From a virus (Duplodnaviria; Caudoviricetes): DNA of 38,837 nucleotides. The first letter of the stretch is position 1; each line of letters begins with the position of its first letter. This document shows, one piece after another, positions 1-9,064 of the stretch. The notes beneath the pieces were generated by a model. It was not told the DNA's origin. It saw only the letters and a list, made by a program, of their open reading frames with translations, and made no database searches. A program made the position numbers and the translations under genes. The DNA is taken from the IMG/VR virus record IMGVR_UViG_3300031860_000069, positions 1 through 38,837 of that record, one strand, 5' to 3'.

Positions 1-55
1 GGTCATCCGACGTTGGCGAGCGCCTTGCCCAAGGGCGTTTTCTTGAAAATCAGGC

Positions 56-81
56 AAAGAAAAAGCGCCCCGCAGGGCGCT
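56..81 (-). terminator. Rho-independent terminator closing the minus-strand late operon
   Basis: Minus strand AGCGCCC-TGCG-GGGCGCT followed by TTTTCTTT, about 25 nt after the stop at 105. Confidence 0.8.
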
Positions 82-104
82 GTCGGACTAATTCGTTAGC
101 TATA

Positions 105-1571
105 TCAGGCGGCGAGCGATGTCTTGGCGACGCCGCTGGTGATCGACTCGATCTCCGAGTCCTCGATGATCTCGCGGACCATCTGCATGACACTGTCCCA
201 ATCGCCGGGAACCGGCTGCTTGACCAGTCGCATGCTCGGATACCACGGGGTGTCGTCACGCTCGGTAAGCCAGCGCCAGCAGTGCCAGTTCGCCAGCATC
301 ACGATCGTCGGCCGGCCAAGCGCACCCGCCAGGTGCACCACCGAGGTGTCGACCGATAGGACCAGGTCGACCTGCATCAACGCCGCCGCCGTGTCGGCGA
401 AGTCACCCAGGACCCCGGAGAGATCGCCGAACCCCGAGCGCAGGCCGTCGCGTTGGATGTCGCCGGCGCGCTCGCCCTTTTGCAGCGAGACGAAGGCGAG
501 CTGCGGCATCTCCGCCAGACGCATCAGGTGCTTGAAGGGCATCGAGCGACGCATGTCGGGGATGTAGCCGGAGGACCCGGCCCAGACCACGCCGACCATC
601 AGCTGGACCCCCGGCGGCTTGAGAACCGGGATACCCAGACCGGTATCGGGGGCGCGCAGATATGGCGCCGACGGCAGGGTGTCGAGCGTGGTTTGCAGGT
701 GCAGCGGCACCGACATCATCGGGCAGTGGTAGTGCGCCGGCGGCGGCGGCCCGTCGACCAGGACGACCTCGTCGGCGAGGCCCGAGATGCTGATCAGCCG
801 CATCAGCGGTTGCGGCACCGCGGCGATGACATGCGCCCCGCCGGCGCGCAGCTGCGGCAGAAACCGGCAGAATTGCAGCGTGTCGCCAAAGCCCTGCTCG
901 TGATGAACGATGATCGTCTTGCCCTCGAGGTCCTCGCCGTCCCAACGCGGGATGCCGCTGTCCCACACCGGGTATTTCGCCAGGTCGTCCCAGCGCGCCT
1001 CGTGGTGCAGCAGGCCTTCGGGTAACTCACCGCAGGCGAGCAGGCCGATGCCGAGGTCGCGGCGGATCCGCTGTTCCTCGGGGGCCAGGTCACGGGCCCT
1101 GCGAAAGCACTCGACGGCTTGTGTGGGCTTGCCGGCGGCGACCCGCGCCAGGCCGAGGTTGTGCCACAGCCCGGCGACGCTAAGCGGGTCGATATCGGCG
1201 CCAAGGGCTTTCTTTTCGCCGACGATCTTGAGCGCCGCCATCTGCGCGGCTCCGGCCTCGACGTAACGATCGGCGCGAAACAGCGCGTTGCCGAGGTTGC
1301 CCAGATAAGCCGGGTTTTGCGGCTCGAGGTTGACCGCGCGCTGCGCCAAGGCGACCGCAGCATCGAATTGCCGGCGGTCGCCAACGATGCACGCCAGGTG
1401 GGTCAGCGCCGCGTGATGATTGGGGTCGAGGCGCAGTGCCGAGACAAAGCAATGCTCGGCCGCACCGAGATTGCCGCGGTCCTCATATTCCTTGCCCGAC
1501 AGAAAGTAGCGGTGCGCCGTCGGAATGAACTTGCCGTCATCGGCTGGCGCGGTCAGCGGCGCATGGATCAC
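105..1571 (-). CDS. TPR-repeat glycosyltransferase (GT-B, GT9/heptosyltransferase-like C-terminus)
   Basis: N-terminal TPRs; W-DGEDLEGKTIIVHHEQGFGDTLQFCRF; VGVVWAGS; DFADTAAALMQVDLVLSVDTSVVHLAGALGRP; WRW..R.DTPWYPSMRL; GTGA overlap with upstream gene. Confidence 0.85.
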   Translation of the reverse strand: MIHAPLTAPADDGKFIPTAHRYFLSGKEYEDRGNLGAAEHCFVSALRLDPNHHAALTHLACIVGDRRQFDAAVALAQRAVNLEPQNPAYLGNLGNALFRADRYVEAGAAQMAALKIVGEKKALGADIDPLSVAGLWHNLGLARVAAGKPTQAVECFRRARDLAPEEQRIRRDLGIGLLACGELPEGLLHHEARWDDLAKYPVWDSGIPRWDGEDLEGKTIIVHHEQGFGDTLQFCRFLPQLRAGGAHVIAAVPQPLMRLISISGLADEVVLVDGPPPPAHYHCPMMSVPLHLQTTLDTLPSAPYLRAPDTGLGIPVLKPPGVQLMVGVVWAGSSGYIPDMRRSMPFKHLMRLAEMPQLAFVSLQKGERAGDIQRDGLRSGFGDLSGVLGDFADTAAALMQVDLVLSVDTSVVHLAGALGRPTIVMLANWHCWRWLTERDDTPWYPSMRLVKQPVPGDWDSVMQMVREIIEDSEIESITSGVAKTSLAA

Positions 1572-1996
1572 TCGCCGCGCTCCGCGTCGACCTCGTGCTC
1601 CGCAGCCTCGAGCTCTGCCTCGGGCGCGTCCTCAAAGGCTTGCCCTACGGCATGGGTCTCAACGCTTTCAGCTGCGGCGGTATCGACCTCTGTCTGCTCC
1701 TCCGGCAGCACTTCGCAGCCAACCCGGCGCAGCGCGGCCACGTCGTGAATATCGATGTCACGGATCACCCGGTTCTCGTCGGCGTAATAGGAATTGCCGC
1801 TCACCAGGTGGAACGACTGCCCGGCAACACGCGCCAGCATCTTCAGTGGTTCAGATCCCATTGGTTCAGATCCTTTTGCGGGAATTGGTTCAGACCCTCT
1901 CTCGGGAGGGAGGTCGGGCAGCAGCCCGACCAGTTGTTTGCCGCCCGGCAGCCATCGTGCGATGACGCGACGGATCTCGCGGCAGGGACAGCCCAT
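1568..1996 (-). CDS. Hypothetical protein with GSEP repeats, SG.SY..D motif domain and acidic tail
   Basis: ORF coupled to the TPR-GT; motif shared with ORFs at 15489, 15905, 22739 and 24495. Confidence 0.6.
   Translation of the reverse strand: MGCPCREIRRVIARWLPGGKQLVGLLPDLPPERGSEPIPAKGSEPMGSEPLKMLARVAGQSFHLVSGNSYYADENRVIRDIDIHDVAALRRVGCEVLPEEQTEVDTAAAESVETHAVGQAFEDAPEAELEAAEHEVDAERGE
1847..1896. repeat. Three copies of TGGTTCAGA(T/C)CC (encodes GSEP x3)
   Basis: Copies at about 1847, 1862 and 1886. Confidence 0.8.
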
Positions 1997-2024
1997 GTGC
2001 TAAGGTCTCCGTGCTGCAGCCTGC

Positions 2025-2059
2025 GAAAGGCGGGCCGGGTTGGGACCCGCCTTTCTTTA
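2025..2059. terminator. Hairpin GAAAGGCGGG...CCCGCCTTTC, possible (bidirectional) terminator
   Basis: 10-bp inverted repeat just after the stop of 2065..2496; T-tract on the plus side. Confidence 0.55.
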
Positions 2060-2064
2060 TGCCG

Positions 2065-2496
2065 CTAGGCCAGCCCGCCGCTGCGTTTGTCGCCTTCGGC
2101 GAGCACCCGGGCGAATTGCCGATTGCCGAGTGCTACGCCTTTAGCCTGATATTCGGCGCGTTCATCGGCGCTCATGCGCGCGACAAACATGCCGCAGTGG
2201 AACGTGCGGCAGGCGAGCGGCCGGCGTTCGTAGATCGTGCACCCGGTCTCGCCCAGATAGACACAGCCGCCATCGGGACCGCGCTTGAGCAATTTGCCGT
2301 CGGCCTCGGTCTGGTATTGCGAGGCGTCATCCCAGGGCAGCAGATACACGCCCAGATGGCAGCACGCGGTGCACGTACCGCAGTCGACTGCATGCGCCGG
2401 CGGCGGTTCGTCGGCCACTGGCGACGGTATGACCTGGGCCTGCGCCAGCTCGCCACCGATTGCCTTGAGCTGGGCGGCGAACGAGAGCAGGTCCAT
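2065..2496 (-). CDS. YkgJ-family (CxxCxxCC) cysteine-cluster protein
   Basis: CGTCTACC ... CVYL...GCTIYERRPLACRTFHC. Confidence 0.85.
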   Translation of the reverse strand: MDLLSFAAQLKAIGGELAQAQVIPSPVADEPPPAHAVDCGTCTACCHLGVYLLPWDDASQYQTEADGKLLKRGPDGGCVYLGETGCTIYERRPLACRTFHCGMFVARMSADERAEYQAKGVALGNRQFARVLAEGDKRSGGLA

Positions 2497-2499
2497 CGG

Positions 2500-3102
2500 C
2501 TAATGCCGGGTGGCCCAGAACGCCGCCAGTTCAACGGCGTCGCCATTGAACCGGCTGAGATCGCAGAACCCGTTGTCGCCGGGCACTCCAGGCACGACCC
2601 CTTGGTCGGTGTATTGCCACAGGGTATAATTGGACCAACCGAGCGGCGGCACCGGACGAGTGCCGTACTCGGGCAGCCATAACTGACACTTCGAGAGCAC
2701 GCGGTTTGGCAGACCGGTGCCGATGCCGTCTGGCCCATAGCGGTTGATGTAGAGCAGCGGCAAGGTGCCGCGAACCATGCCCAGCCGAGTGACGATCTCC
2801 GCCGTCTGAGCGACGGTGATCGTGTTGCTGCCATTCGCCTCGACATCGAGGGCGAGGAAGGGCAGGCATGAGACGAGCTGCAGAAAATGCGCGGCTTGCG
2901 CGGCCGGTGGGTTCGCATCGCAGAAATGATAGACTGCGTAGGGAAGGTCGACGCGCTCGGCACCGCGCAGATTGGCGAAAAACTCAGGGTCGACCCAGGT
3001 GTGGCCCTCCGTCGCCTTGATGATCACGCCGTCGACGAGCCCGGAAGCCTTGACTGCGTCCCAATCGATTGTTCCATCCCAATGGCTAATATCGATGATC
3101 AT
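2500..3102 (-). CDS. GH25 muramidase (endolysin)
   Basis: IDISHWDG, IIKATEG, YHF, LDVE, LWLPEY, LWQYTDQG, DLSRF. Confidence 0.92.
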   Translation of the reverse strand: MIIDISHWDGTIDWDAVKASGLVDGVIIKATEGHTWVDPEFFANLRGAERVDLPYAVYHFCDANPPAAQAAHFLQLVSCLPFLALDVEANGSNTITVAQTAEIVTRLGMVRGTLPLLYINRYGPDGIGTGLPNRVLSKCQLWLPEYGTRPVPPLGWSNYTLWQYTDQGVVPGVPGDNGFCDLSRFNGDAVELAAFWATRH

Positions 3103-3106
3103 TGGG

Positions 3107-3286
3107 TCACCCCCAGGAACACTTGCCGGTGCATGCGGTGCAGTTGGTCTCGCACTCGGCGCAGCTGCCGATTTCCTCGCCCTTCAAATTGACGTGCTTT
3201 CGCTCTTGGGATTTGGCAGTCTCGCGTCGTAGCTGGATCATGCGGGCATGGATCGTCTCAAATTCGTCGGCGGCGCGTCTGCTCAC
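3107..3286 (-). CDS. 59-aa protein with Cys-rich C-terminus (not in ORF track)
   Basis: GTG start with AAGGA RBS; MSRRAADEFETIHARMIQLRRE...GSCAECETNCTACTGKCSWG; stop 4 nt before the endolysin start. Confidence 0.6.
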   Translation of the reverse strand: MSRRAADEFETIHARMIQLRRETAKSQERKHVNLKGEEIGSCAECETNCTACTGKCSWG

Positions 3287-3302
3287 GGGGGTATCCTTGG
3301 AA

Positions 3303-3500
3303 ATGCTGAAAACTTACGACCTTGAGGTCGAGGTGCGGGGGCGCTACACGATGCGCGTCCAGGCAGTGGACGACGTTGCCGCGCGCGATCTTGCCCGCGC
3401 TTTTCTCGACAAACCCAGGGAACTGAGCAGTGTCGTGCAAGTGACCGGTCGCCGGCCCTTTGATGTGATCTCGCTTGGTATGCCCGTGGAGGTCGAATGA
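3303..3500 (+). CDS. Small hypothetical protein (beta-beta-alpha motif)
   Basis: MLKTYDLEVEVRGRYTMRVQAVDDVAARDLA; ATGA overlap with next ORF. Confidence 0.55.
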   Translation: MLKTYDLEVEVRGRYTMRVQAVDDVAARDLARAFLDKPRELSSVVQVTGRRPFDVISLGMPVEVE

Positions 3501-3694
3501 CTGCAGCCACACGTCAGCCCGGTTACTATTGGGTCAAAGAGCGAGAGCAGGGTTGCGCTTGGCAGATCGCACACTGGAACCCGCACGCCGCGCTCGTCAT
3601 GCCGGGTTGGTGGATCGCTGGCCGGATTAGCGGCGAATACAGCGACGAGTCGTTTGCCGAGATCGACGAGCGTCAGCTCAAGAGGCCCGAATGA
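3497..3694 (+). CDS. Small phage hypothetical protein
   Basis: RQPGYYWVK...WQIAHW...EIDERQL; ATGA overlaps on both sides. Confidence 0.65.
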   Translation: MTAATRQPGYYWVKEREQGCAWQIAHWNPHAALVMPGWWIAGRISGEYSDESFAEIDERQLKRPE

Positions 3695-4221
3695 CCGTCG
3701 AACGGATGTCGGTCGAACAGCTGGAAAAGTGGCGCGCCGATCCCGGCTGGACCGCGATCACGCTCGAGGTGATGCCGCATACTGCGGTCACCGAGTCGTT
3801 TCCCGACCGCGACCTCGACGAGGCGCTGCGCGAGTTCGAGACCCAGATGAAGATCACCGAGGAGCTGAGGAAAGATCTCGCCTTCTACGCCGGCATGCGG
3901 CGCCAGACGGTCCGGCAGCTCGCCCCGGCAGTGGCGCGCTTTGACAAGAGCGCGATCTCAAACTGCGGGGTTGCCGCACTCTGGTGCGTGCTCAATCACC
4001 CGAACGACCAAGGCGCGATGCGGCTGAAGATGGACGCGCTGCGAGCGGAGGGCTTAGCCCCGCATTTCACGCTGTGCCGCGGCCCGGGCCAGACGGCGAC
4101 CTTTGGGACGGCACTCGGCGACCGCTATGTCGACATCCGTCGCGACGTGCAGCACCGCGTCGGCGCGAACAGGACGATCTTTGCGACAAGGCCCTATCCA
4201 AAGGCGCCGTCCTACATTTGA
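3691..4221 (+). CDS. Hypothetical protein
   Basis: 176-aa ORF, GC3-rich codons, coupled to the previous ORF. Confidence 0.65.
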   Translation: MTVERMSVEQLEKWRADPGWTAITLEVMPHTAVTESFPDRDLDEALREFETQMKITEELRKDLAFYAGMRRQTVRQLAPAVARFDKSAISNCGVAALWCVLNHPNDQGAMRLKMDALRAEGLAPHFTLCRGPGQTATFGTALGDRYVDIRRDVQHRVGANRTIFATRPYPKAPSYI

Positions 4222-4418
4222 GCTGGGTCTTCGCCGCTCGCATCAGCGGTTGTCGCCGCACCAGCGGTCCGACCGAACGCGTCTGTGTTCGCCCGGGCCG
4301 GCGGGTCAAACCGCTCGGCACCCGGCGAGGGGAACTGCGTCACCTGGCCGTCGGTCGCCACATACATCTTGATGCCGAGGCTGTCGGCGACGCGTTGCGC
4401 TTTTTCTTGTGGAGTCAT
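4212..4418 (-). CDS. Small hypothetical protein
   Basis: 68 aa, GGAG RBS, ATGA overlap. Confidence 0.5.
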   Translation of the reverse strand: MTPQEKAQRVADSLGIKMYVATDGQVTQFPSPGAERFDPPARANTDAFGRTAGAATTADASGEDPAQM

Positions 4419-4513
4419 GGTGTTTTACTCCGCTGAGCCGCCCGCTGGCGACATTCCTTCTGTGCGCGTTTCAACCGACGCTTTGCGGCGTGGCGCTGGC
4501 GCGAGCGCTTCAT
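4415..4513 (-). CDS. Very basic 32-aa peptide
   Basis: MKRSRQRHAAKRRLKRAQKECRQRAAQRSKTP; GGAG upstream, ATGA overlap downstream. Confidence 0.35.
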   Translation of the reverse strand: MKRSRQRHAAKRRLKRAQKECRQRAAQRSKTP

Positions 4514-4519
4514 GCGGCT

Positions 4520-4684
4520 CTACTCCGAGAGAAAGCTGAGCAGCTTCACAACAACATCAAAGGCGACACCCTTGACGTTGCCGGCGACCAGTGCCGAATA
4601 AAATTCTGCCAGATCGGCGCGCGTCTCTAGCTTGATGGTGGCGCCACGCTTTGCGCTGGTGTCTTGTTCAACTGTGATCGCCAT
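4520..4684 (-). CDS. 54-aa hypothetical protein
   Basis: MAITVEQDTSAKRGATIKLE...; TGATG overlap with the methyltransferase stop. Confidence 0.5.
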   Translation of the reverse strand: MAITVEQDTSAKRGATIKLETRADLAEFYSALVAGNVKGVAFDVVVKLLSFLSE

Positions 4685-5259
4685 CAGGCGACCACGCCTT
4701 CGAGGGTCATCGTCTCAAGCTGCAGAAACCCCGGTGGCATGCGCCCGTCGTTTTCGAGGTCGCGCAATTCGGGGTCGCTGCTCTGTCCAATCAGGTGCTG
4801 AGTGATGCTGGCAAAGCCGGCGCCGACCAACGCGCGGTGCAGCAGTGACACGCTGTAGATGAACTGGTGGCCAAAGCCATTGGCCAAGTTGACCCCGACA
4901 TCGAGCGCGGTCTTCATGCCGAAATGCTGTTTCGCCCAAGCGACGTAGCGCCAGTCAGTGTCGGTCAGCTGCTCAGCCGGGCCGCATAGCCGCTGGATGA
5001 ACGCGCGATCGGGGCACGAGATGCGGATCCGGCCACCCGGCTTCATGACCCGGTGGCACTCGGCGAGCATGGTCAAGCCGCCGGCGTGCGGGACATGCTC
5101 GATCATGTGCTCGCTAAAGGCGTAATCGAACTCGCCGTCGGCAAACGGAAAGTGCTGTGTCGCATCCATGCGCAGGATGTCGGGCCGCCACGGGTTGAGG
5201 TCAGTGTTGGTCCAACCCGGCAGAGGATGGTTGCCGCAGCCAATGTGCAGTTTTTTCAT
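4684..5259 (-). CDS. Class I SAM-dependent methyltransferase (type 11-like)
   Basis: KLHIGCG..PLPGWTNTDL; FSEHMIEHV; RVMKPGGRIRISCPD. Confidence 0.88.
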   Translation of the reverse strand: MKKLHIGCGNHPLPGWTNTDLNPWRPDILRMDATQHFPFADGEFDYAFSEHMIEHVPHAGGLTMLAECHRVMKPGGRIRISCPDRAFIQRLCGPAEQLTDTDWRYVAWAKQHFGMKTALDVGVNLANGFGHQFIYSVSLLHRALVGAGFASITQHLIGQSSDPELRDLENDGRMPPGFLQLETMTLEGVVA

Positions 5260-5834
5260 GGTGCGGTGTCCCTGATGAACACAAGACCGGACTCTGAAAA
5301 ATATTTCGGCCCGGTTTCGGCGTGGGCGATCGTGCGGTAGAGGTCGTTATCAGTGGCCAGCGTGTAGCCCATCTGCTGAACGTGCTTTACCCAATATTCC
5401 TTGGGCTGCAGGTTGACATGATGATGGCCCCCGTCCACCCCCGGCAGGCAATGCGTCATCGCGATGATGCGGCCATTGCTCAGCGTCTTGATCAGCGACT
5501 CGAGATAGCACTCCTCAATGTGCTCGACGACCTCGACGCAGAGCACGAGGTCGACAGGCATCGTGTAGGGACCAGCCTTGAGGTCGTGCAACGCGATCGG
5601 GAAGACTGCGCGTTCCACATTGAGCGGCAGACCATCGATCCCGTGAGCGTAGACGCCTTGACGATTGAAAAACGCGACCGCGTGGCCTTCCCCGCAGCCG
5701 ACGTCCAACACCGAGCGGACGCCGAACCTGTCGATCAGATAGCGCCATAGCGTCGGGGTAAAGCTGCAGCTGTCGCCGCCGCGTAGGTTACCGCCGAGAT
5801 CCGGCCTCGCGCGATCGACGACACAGAAATCCAT
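5256..5834 (-). CDS. Class I SAM-dependent methyltransferase
   Basis: SVLDVGCGEG; DLVLCVEVVEHI; HHVNLQPKEYW; start re-called to MDFCVV at 5834 (AAGGAGG RBS). Confidence 0.85.
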   Translation of the reverse strand: MDFCVVDRARPDLGGNLRGGDSCSFTPTLWRYLIDRFGVRSVLDVGCGEGHAVAFFNRQGVYAHGIDGLPLNVERAVFPIALHDLKAGPYTMPVDLVLCVEVVEHIEECYLESLIKTLSNGRIIAMTHCLPGVDGGHHHVNLQPKEYWVKHVQQMGYTLATDNDLYRTIAHAETGPKYFSESGLVFIRDTAP

Positions 5835-5856
5835 CACGCGGCCTCCTTGGGGTTGC

Positions 5857-6690
5857 TCATCGCCACGGCTCCCCGTCGGCTTTGCCAAACCACGGTTCGC
5901 CAAGGGCATCGTTCTCCTGTTCGATCGCTTGGCAGAACTGGCGGAAGACCTCGTGGCCGTTGGGCTGGGTCGCTTCCCAGCGCTTGAGCCCGTCGACGAT
6001 GTCGTAGAGCGCGCGCAGCAGCCCGACCGCCTGGACGTAGGGGTCGGCGCCGACCGGGACCAAGCCGATCTGATGCCGGGCAAAAATCGCCAGATCCGCC
6101 GGCAATTTCGCCCCGCTGCGCTCCGGCCGCGAGGTGTAGCGGTTGGTCTTCTCGAGGTAGGCCGCGACATCGGGATGGGAGAGGTGATCGAGCCAGATGC
6201 CCTCGACCTTGACCCGCTGCCGGCACTCGGGATCGACGACCGCGGAGGCGTGTACCTCAGTGGGGTAGTGGATCATGCCGCGGCGATAGAGGGCCGGCCG
6301 CAGCTCCTCGGGGTAGCTTCGCGGGTCGAACCGCCCGAGGATGTAATGGCGGATCGGGAGGTAGAAGACATCCGCCTCGGGGCATTTCGCGATGACCTCG
6401 CCGATCCCCTCGGGTGCCGTGGGCGAGAGGATCTCGTCGTCGTCGAGGCAGATGATCCACTCGTGCGAGCACAGGCTCTGCGCGTAGGCCCGGGTATCCT
6501 CGACGACCGGGGTCCACGGCACCAGCTCATAACGGTCGGCGAGCTCGCGCGCGACCATGGGGGTCTCGTCCGTCGAAGACTTATCGACGACGATGAGCTC
6601 GTCGACAAAACGCACCCGCCGCAAGCAAGCGCGAAGTAATTCCGCCCGGTTATAGGCGATCACGAAGGCGCTCATCTTTGGCGGCCTCAT
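5857..6690 (-). CDS. GT2 glycosyltransferase, WaaE/LgtF (beta-1,4-glucosyltransferase)-like
   Basis: SAFVIAYN...DELIVVDKSSTDET...EWIICLDDDE...YLEKTNRYT; ATGA overlap with the CmcI-like gene. Confidence 0.82.
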   Translation of the reverse strand: MRPPKMSAFVIAYNRAELLRACLRRVRFVDELIVVDKSSTDETPMVARELADRYELVPWTPVVEDTRAYAQSLCSHEWIICLDDDEILSPTAPEGIGEVIAKCPEADVFYLPIRHYILGRFDPRSYPEELRPALYRRGMIHYPTEVHASAVVDPECRQRVKVEGIWLDHLSHPDVAAYLEKTNRYTSRPERSGAKLPADLAIFARHQIGLVPVGADPYVQAVGLLRALYDIVDGLKRWEATQPNGHEVFRQFCQAIEQENDALGEPWFGKADGEPWR

Positions 6691-7343
6691 CGGATCTTCC
6701 GCCAATAACCGTCGGGGTTAAAGGTCACGTTCTGGCCAAAGAAATCGCAATATTCGGCGGCGCGCACATAGTCGACGCGGCGCTCGGCCATGAATTCGTT
6801 GAGCCCGGTCAGCGGTCCGCCGCGGCGGTGCCGGCCGGGATAGAGCTCGTCGGCGTTGCCGTCCTCGACCACGATCATCTCGCCCGGCCGCAGCCAGGGG
6901 TCGAAGAAGTGCAGCACCGCGAGCGTGGTCTCGGGCTCGTGTGAGCTGTCTTCGATCACCAGCAACGGCCGCGCCATCTCACTGGCGAGCCACTGCGGCG
7001 GGATCGTCCTGCCGAGATCGTGTGCGTCACCCTGCAGAAAGGCGAGGCCGGGGATGGTCGTGCTCGGCGGGTTGACGTCGATCGACATCACCATGCAGGG
7101 GGTGATCCCCATCGCTACCTGCATGTCGCGGAACCACAGCGCTGAGCCACCAAAGGCCGAGCCGATCTCGATGATGGTCCGCGGCTTTTCGCGCCACAGC
7201 AGCATCGAGTAGAGCGCCAGGTCAAACGGATCTTTCCAGCAGGGATGGCCCTTGTAGGTAAAATTCTGTGCGCCTTGCTGGATCGCCTCGCGCAGTGCCG
7301 CGTTGCGACGGCCGCCGATCAGCGAGTCGAATTGCGCGGTCAT
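6687..7343 (-). CDS. CmcI / cephalosporin-hydroxylase-family (sugar O-)methyltransferase
   Basis: YKGHPCWKDPFDLALY..LLW..KPRTIIEIGSAFGGSALW; VIEDSSH; VVEDG; TFNPDGY. Confidence 0.88.
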   Translation of the reverse strand: MTAQFDSLIGGRRNAALREAIQQGAQNFTYKGHPCWKDPFDLALYSMLLWREKPRTIIEIGSAFGGSALWFRDMQVAMGITPCMVMSIDVNPPSTTIPGLAFLQGDAHDLGRTIPPQWLASEMARPLLVIEDSSHEPETTLAVLHFFDPWLRPGEMIVVEDGNADELYPGRHRRGGPLTGLNEFMAERRVDYVRAAEYCDFFGQNVTFNPDGYWRKIR

Positions 7344-7555
7344 CAAGCGGTGCCCGCAGCCCCGTCCTGCATGGCGCGCAGGAACACCACAAACTCGGCA
7401 TAGGCCGCGGCAAGGACCTCGTAGAAGGGCAAGATCGTCTTGGCAGTCTCAGCCCTATCCTCGAGGCTCAGCTCGAGGAACACCCCTCTGGCTTGGCTCA
7501 GCGTGCTGCGAATGCGCTCGGCGTCGAGGGGGGTGCCGGGGACCACTGCCATCAT
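7343..7555 (-). CDS. Small hypothetical protein
   Basis: 70 aa, overlaps the neighbouring start and stop codons. Confidence 0.5.
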   Translation of the reverse strand: MMAVVPGTPLDAERIRSTLSQARGVFLELSLEDRAETAKTILPFYEVLAAAYAEFVVFLRAMQDGAAGTA

Positions 7556-8226
7556 AGACTCCCGCACCAATCGACGAGCCCGGTGCCGGTGTGGTGGCCA
7601 TAGCTCGTCAGGTCCATCTTGGGCCGCGCAATGCCGCGCCAGATGTCGATCATGTTCATGACCCGGATGTCGTCGAAGACCACAATCGGGGAGCGGCGGA
7701 ACGGGACGGCGGCCAACCGAGCGAGGAATGTCCGCTCGGTTAGCCCGTCTTTGGGGCCATCGACGAAGATCAACTCGGCCCCGGCGATACACTCGCCCCA
7801 GGTCGCGAACAGGTCTGGGGCCGCCATATCTTTCACGACCTGAGTCACCCGCGCGTCCGCAAAGTCCGCCTCGAGGAGCCAGGGATCCTGTTTGGTGCAC
7901 CAGGGCTCGATATCGACGGTGTAGATCCGCGCCAGCGCATTGCCCTCGAGCATGGCAACCGCGCTCATCCCGGTATCGGTGCCAAACTCCCAGATGATCC
8001 GCGGGCCGAGCACCACGGAGATCGCGGTCAAGAGGTGGTAGTGCTGGCCCGGAAAGACCTCGAACCAGCGCCGGCCGGCCGAGGGCCGTGCACCGAGCCT
8101 GCGGTGGGTGATCCTGGGTGCCAGACCCGCGATGTCATGGGCCAGCGAATAGAGCCGCTGCGACGGCCGCCAGGGCTCGTCGTCGAGGCTTAGCAGCCGG
8201 CTCGGCTCGTTGCCCCGCGCCCTCAC
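7552..8226 (-). CDS. SAM-dependent methyltransferase (Methyltransf_24-like)
   Basis: IWEFGTDTGMSA; IYTVDI; LIFVDGPKDG; VVFDDIR; GHHTGTGLV. Confidence 0.8.
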   Translation of the reverse strand: MRARGNEPSRLLSLDDEPWRPSQRLYSLAHDIAGLAPRITHRRLGARPSAGRRWFEVFPGQHYHLLTAISVVLGPRIIWEFGTDTGMSAVAMLEGNALARIYTVDIEPWCTKQDPWLLEADFADARVTQVVKDMAAPDLFATWGECIAGAELIFVDGPKDGLTERTFLARLAAVPFRRSPIVVFDDIRVMNMIDIWRGIARPKMDLTSYGHHTGTGLVDWCGSL

Positions 8227-8417
8227 GCGCTGCCCTCCGCCTTATCGAGAATTTCCAGCCGGAAGATGAACTCGTCGCCCTCCTGCCGGCATTCATGCAG
8301 GCGGACTTTGTAAGTCGCCCCGCTTTGGTGCCGCAGGGTTCCAATCCGCCCGTCGTGCAATAGACCAAAGGTCTGATAAAAGGCGTTGCACGCCATCCGC
8401 TGCTCGTCGGTGATCAT
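8223..8417 (-). CDS. Small hypothetical protein
   Basis: 64 aa from MITDEQR, 4-nt overlaps on both sides. Confidence 0.55.
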   Translation of the reverse strand: MITDEQRMACNAFYQTFGLLHDGRIGTLRHQSGATYKVRLHECRQEGDEFIFRLEILDKAEGSA

Positions 8418-9064
8418 GCGCGGCCCGGCACGACGATGTCGGCGTAGTACTCGCCGGGTGCAAAGCGCTTGCCCATGTTGACCGAGCGCGCCTCGCCCTC
8501 GCCGCGGTAGAGCCGGTACGGCAGACACCGGAAATCAAAGCTGACCCGGCTAAAGCGCTCGCCGTTGATCTCGTTGCCGTGGCGCGTGGCGATCGCGTCA
8601 AACACCACGACGTCACCGGGCCAAGCACTGATCGAGCGTCGCCGGTTCGGTCCCTCCTCAAGGAAGACCGAGCTAGTGCCCGAGGCCCGCGTCAGCGGCA
8701 GCCAAAAATTCGTCTCACCTGCCGGATGCCCGTAGTCGCCGTCGCTGTGATACTCGCCGACCGCGACATTCCCCGGCTGATGCACCCGGAAGGTCGGGAT
8801 CGCCTGGACGAGGAAGGGTTCGCTGAACTGCCGGGCAACGAACTCCATCACAAAGTCGGTATAAAGCGGTGCCCAGAGCTCGCGCGTGGCATAGAACCGC
8901 TCGTGCCACCGCGTCTTCTGGTCGGTCGCGCGCGTATGCAGTGGCAGCTCGTCGCGCAGAAACGACAGGTCCTTTTCGCCGAGCAGTTCGGTGATCAATG
9001 CCGGGAATGGGTATTGCGTAAGCTCATAGGTCAGCACGGTGTAGAGCGTGTCGGGCGTGATCAT
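8414..9064 (-). CDS. 2OG-Fe(II) dioxygenase-like protein (StrG-like)
   Basis: PTFRVH; H-x-D (YHSDGDYGH); NFWLPLT; distal H (RHGN) and R-x-S (RVSFDFR). Confidence 0.75.
   Translation of the reverse strand: MITPDTLYTVLTYELTQYPFPALITELLGEKDLSFLRDELPLHTRATDQKTRWHERFYATRELWAPLYTDFVMEFVARQFSEPFLVQAIPTFRVHQPGNVAVGEYHSDGDYGHPAGETNFWLPLTRASGTSSVFLEEGPNRRRSISAWPGDVVVFDAIATRHGNEINGERFSRVSFDFRCLPYRLYRGEGEARSVNMGKRFAPGEYYADIVVPGRA

Noticed and set aside
124-1748. Long plus-strand ORFs opposite real genes (also 12196..13119, 18415..19461, 30813..31790, 33204..34040 and others)
   Set aside because: Antisense shadow ORFs expected in high-GC coding DNA; no motifs or RBS
1847-1896. Short repeats as a CRISPR array or REP element
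   Set aside because: Only three ~12-nt units with irregular tiny spacers, in frame within a CDS; no cas or RAYT gene
5256-6170. ORF-track starts for several genes (5256..6170, 11109..11780, 29028..29528, 34015..35535, 35369..35995, 35996..36787)
   Set aside because: Extensions overlap upstream genes; downstream starts with an RBS or coupled stop/start fit better
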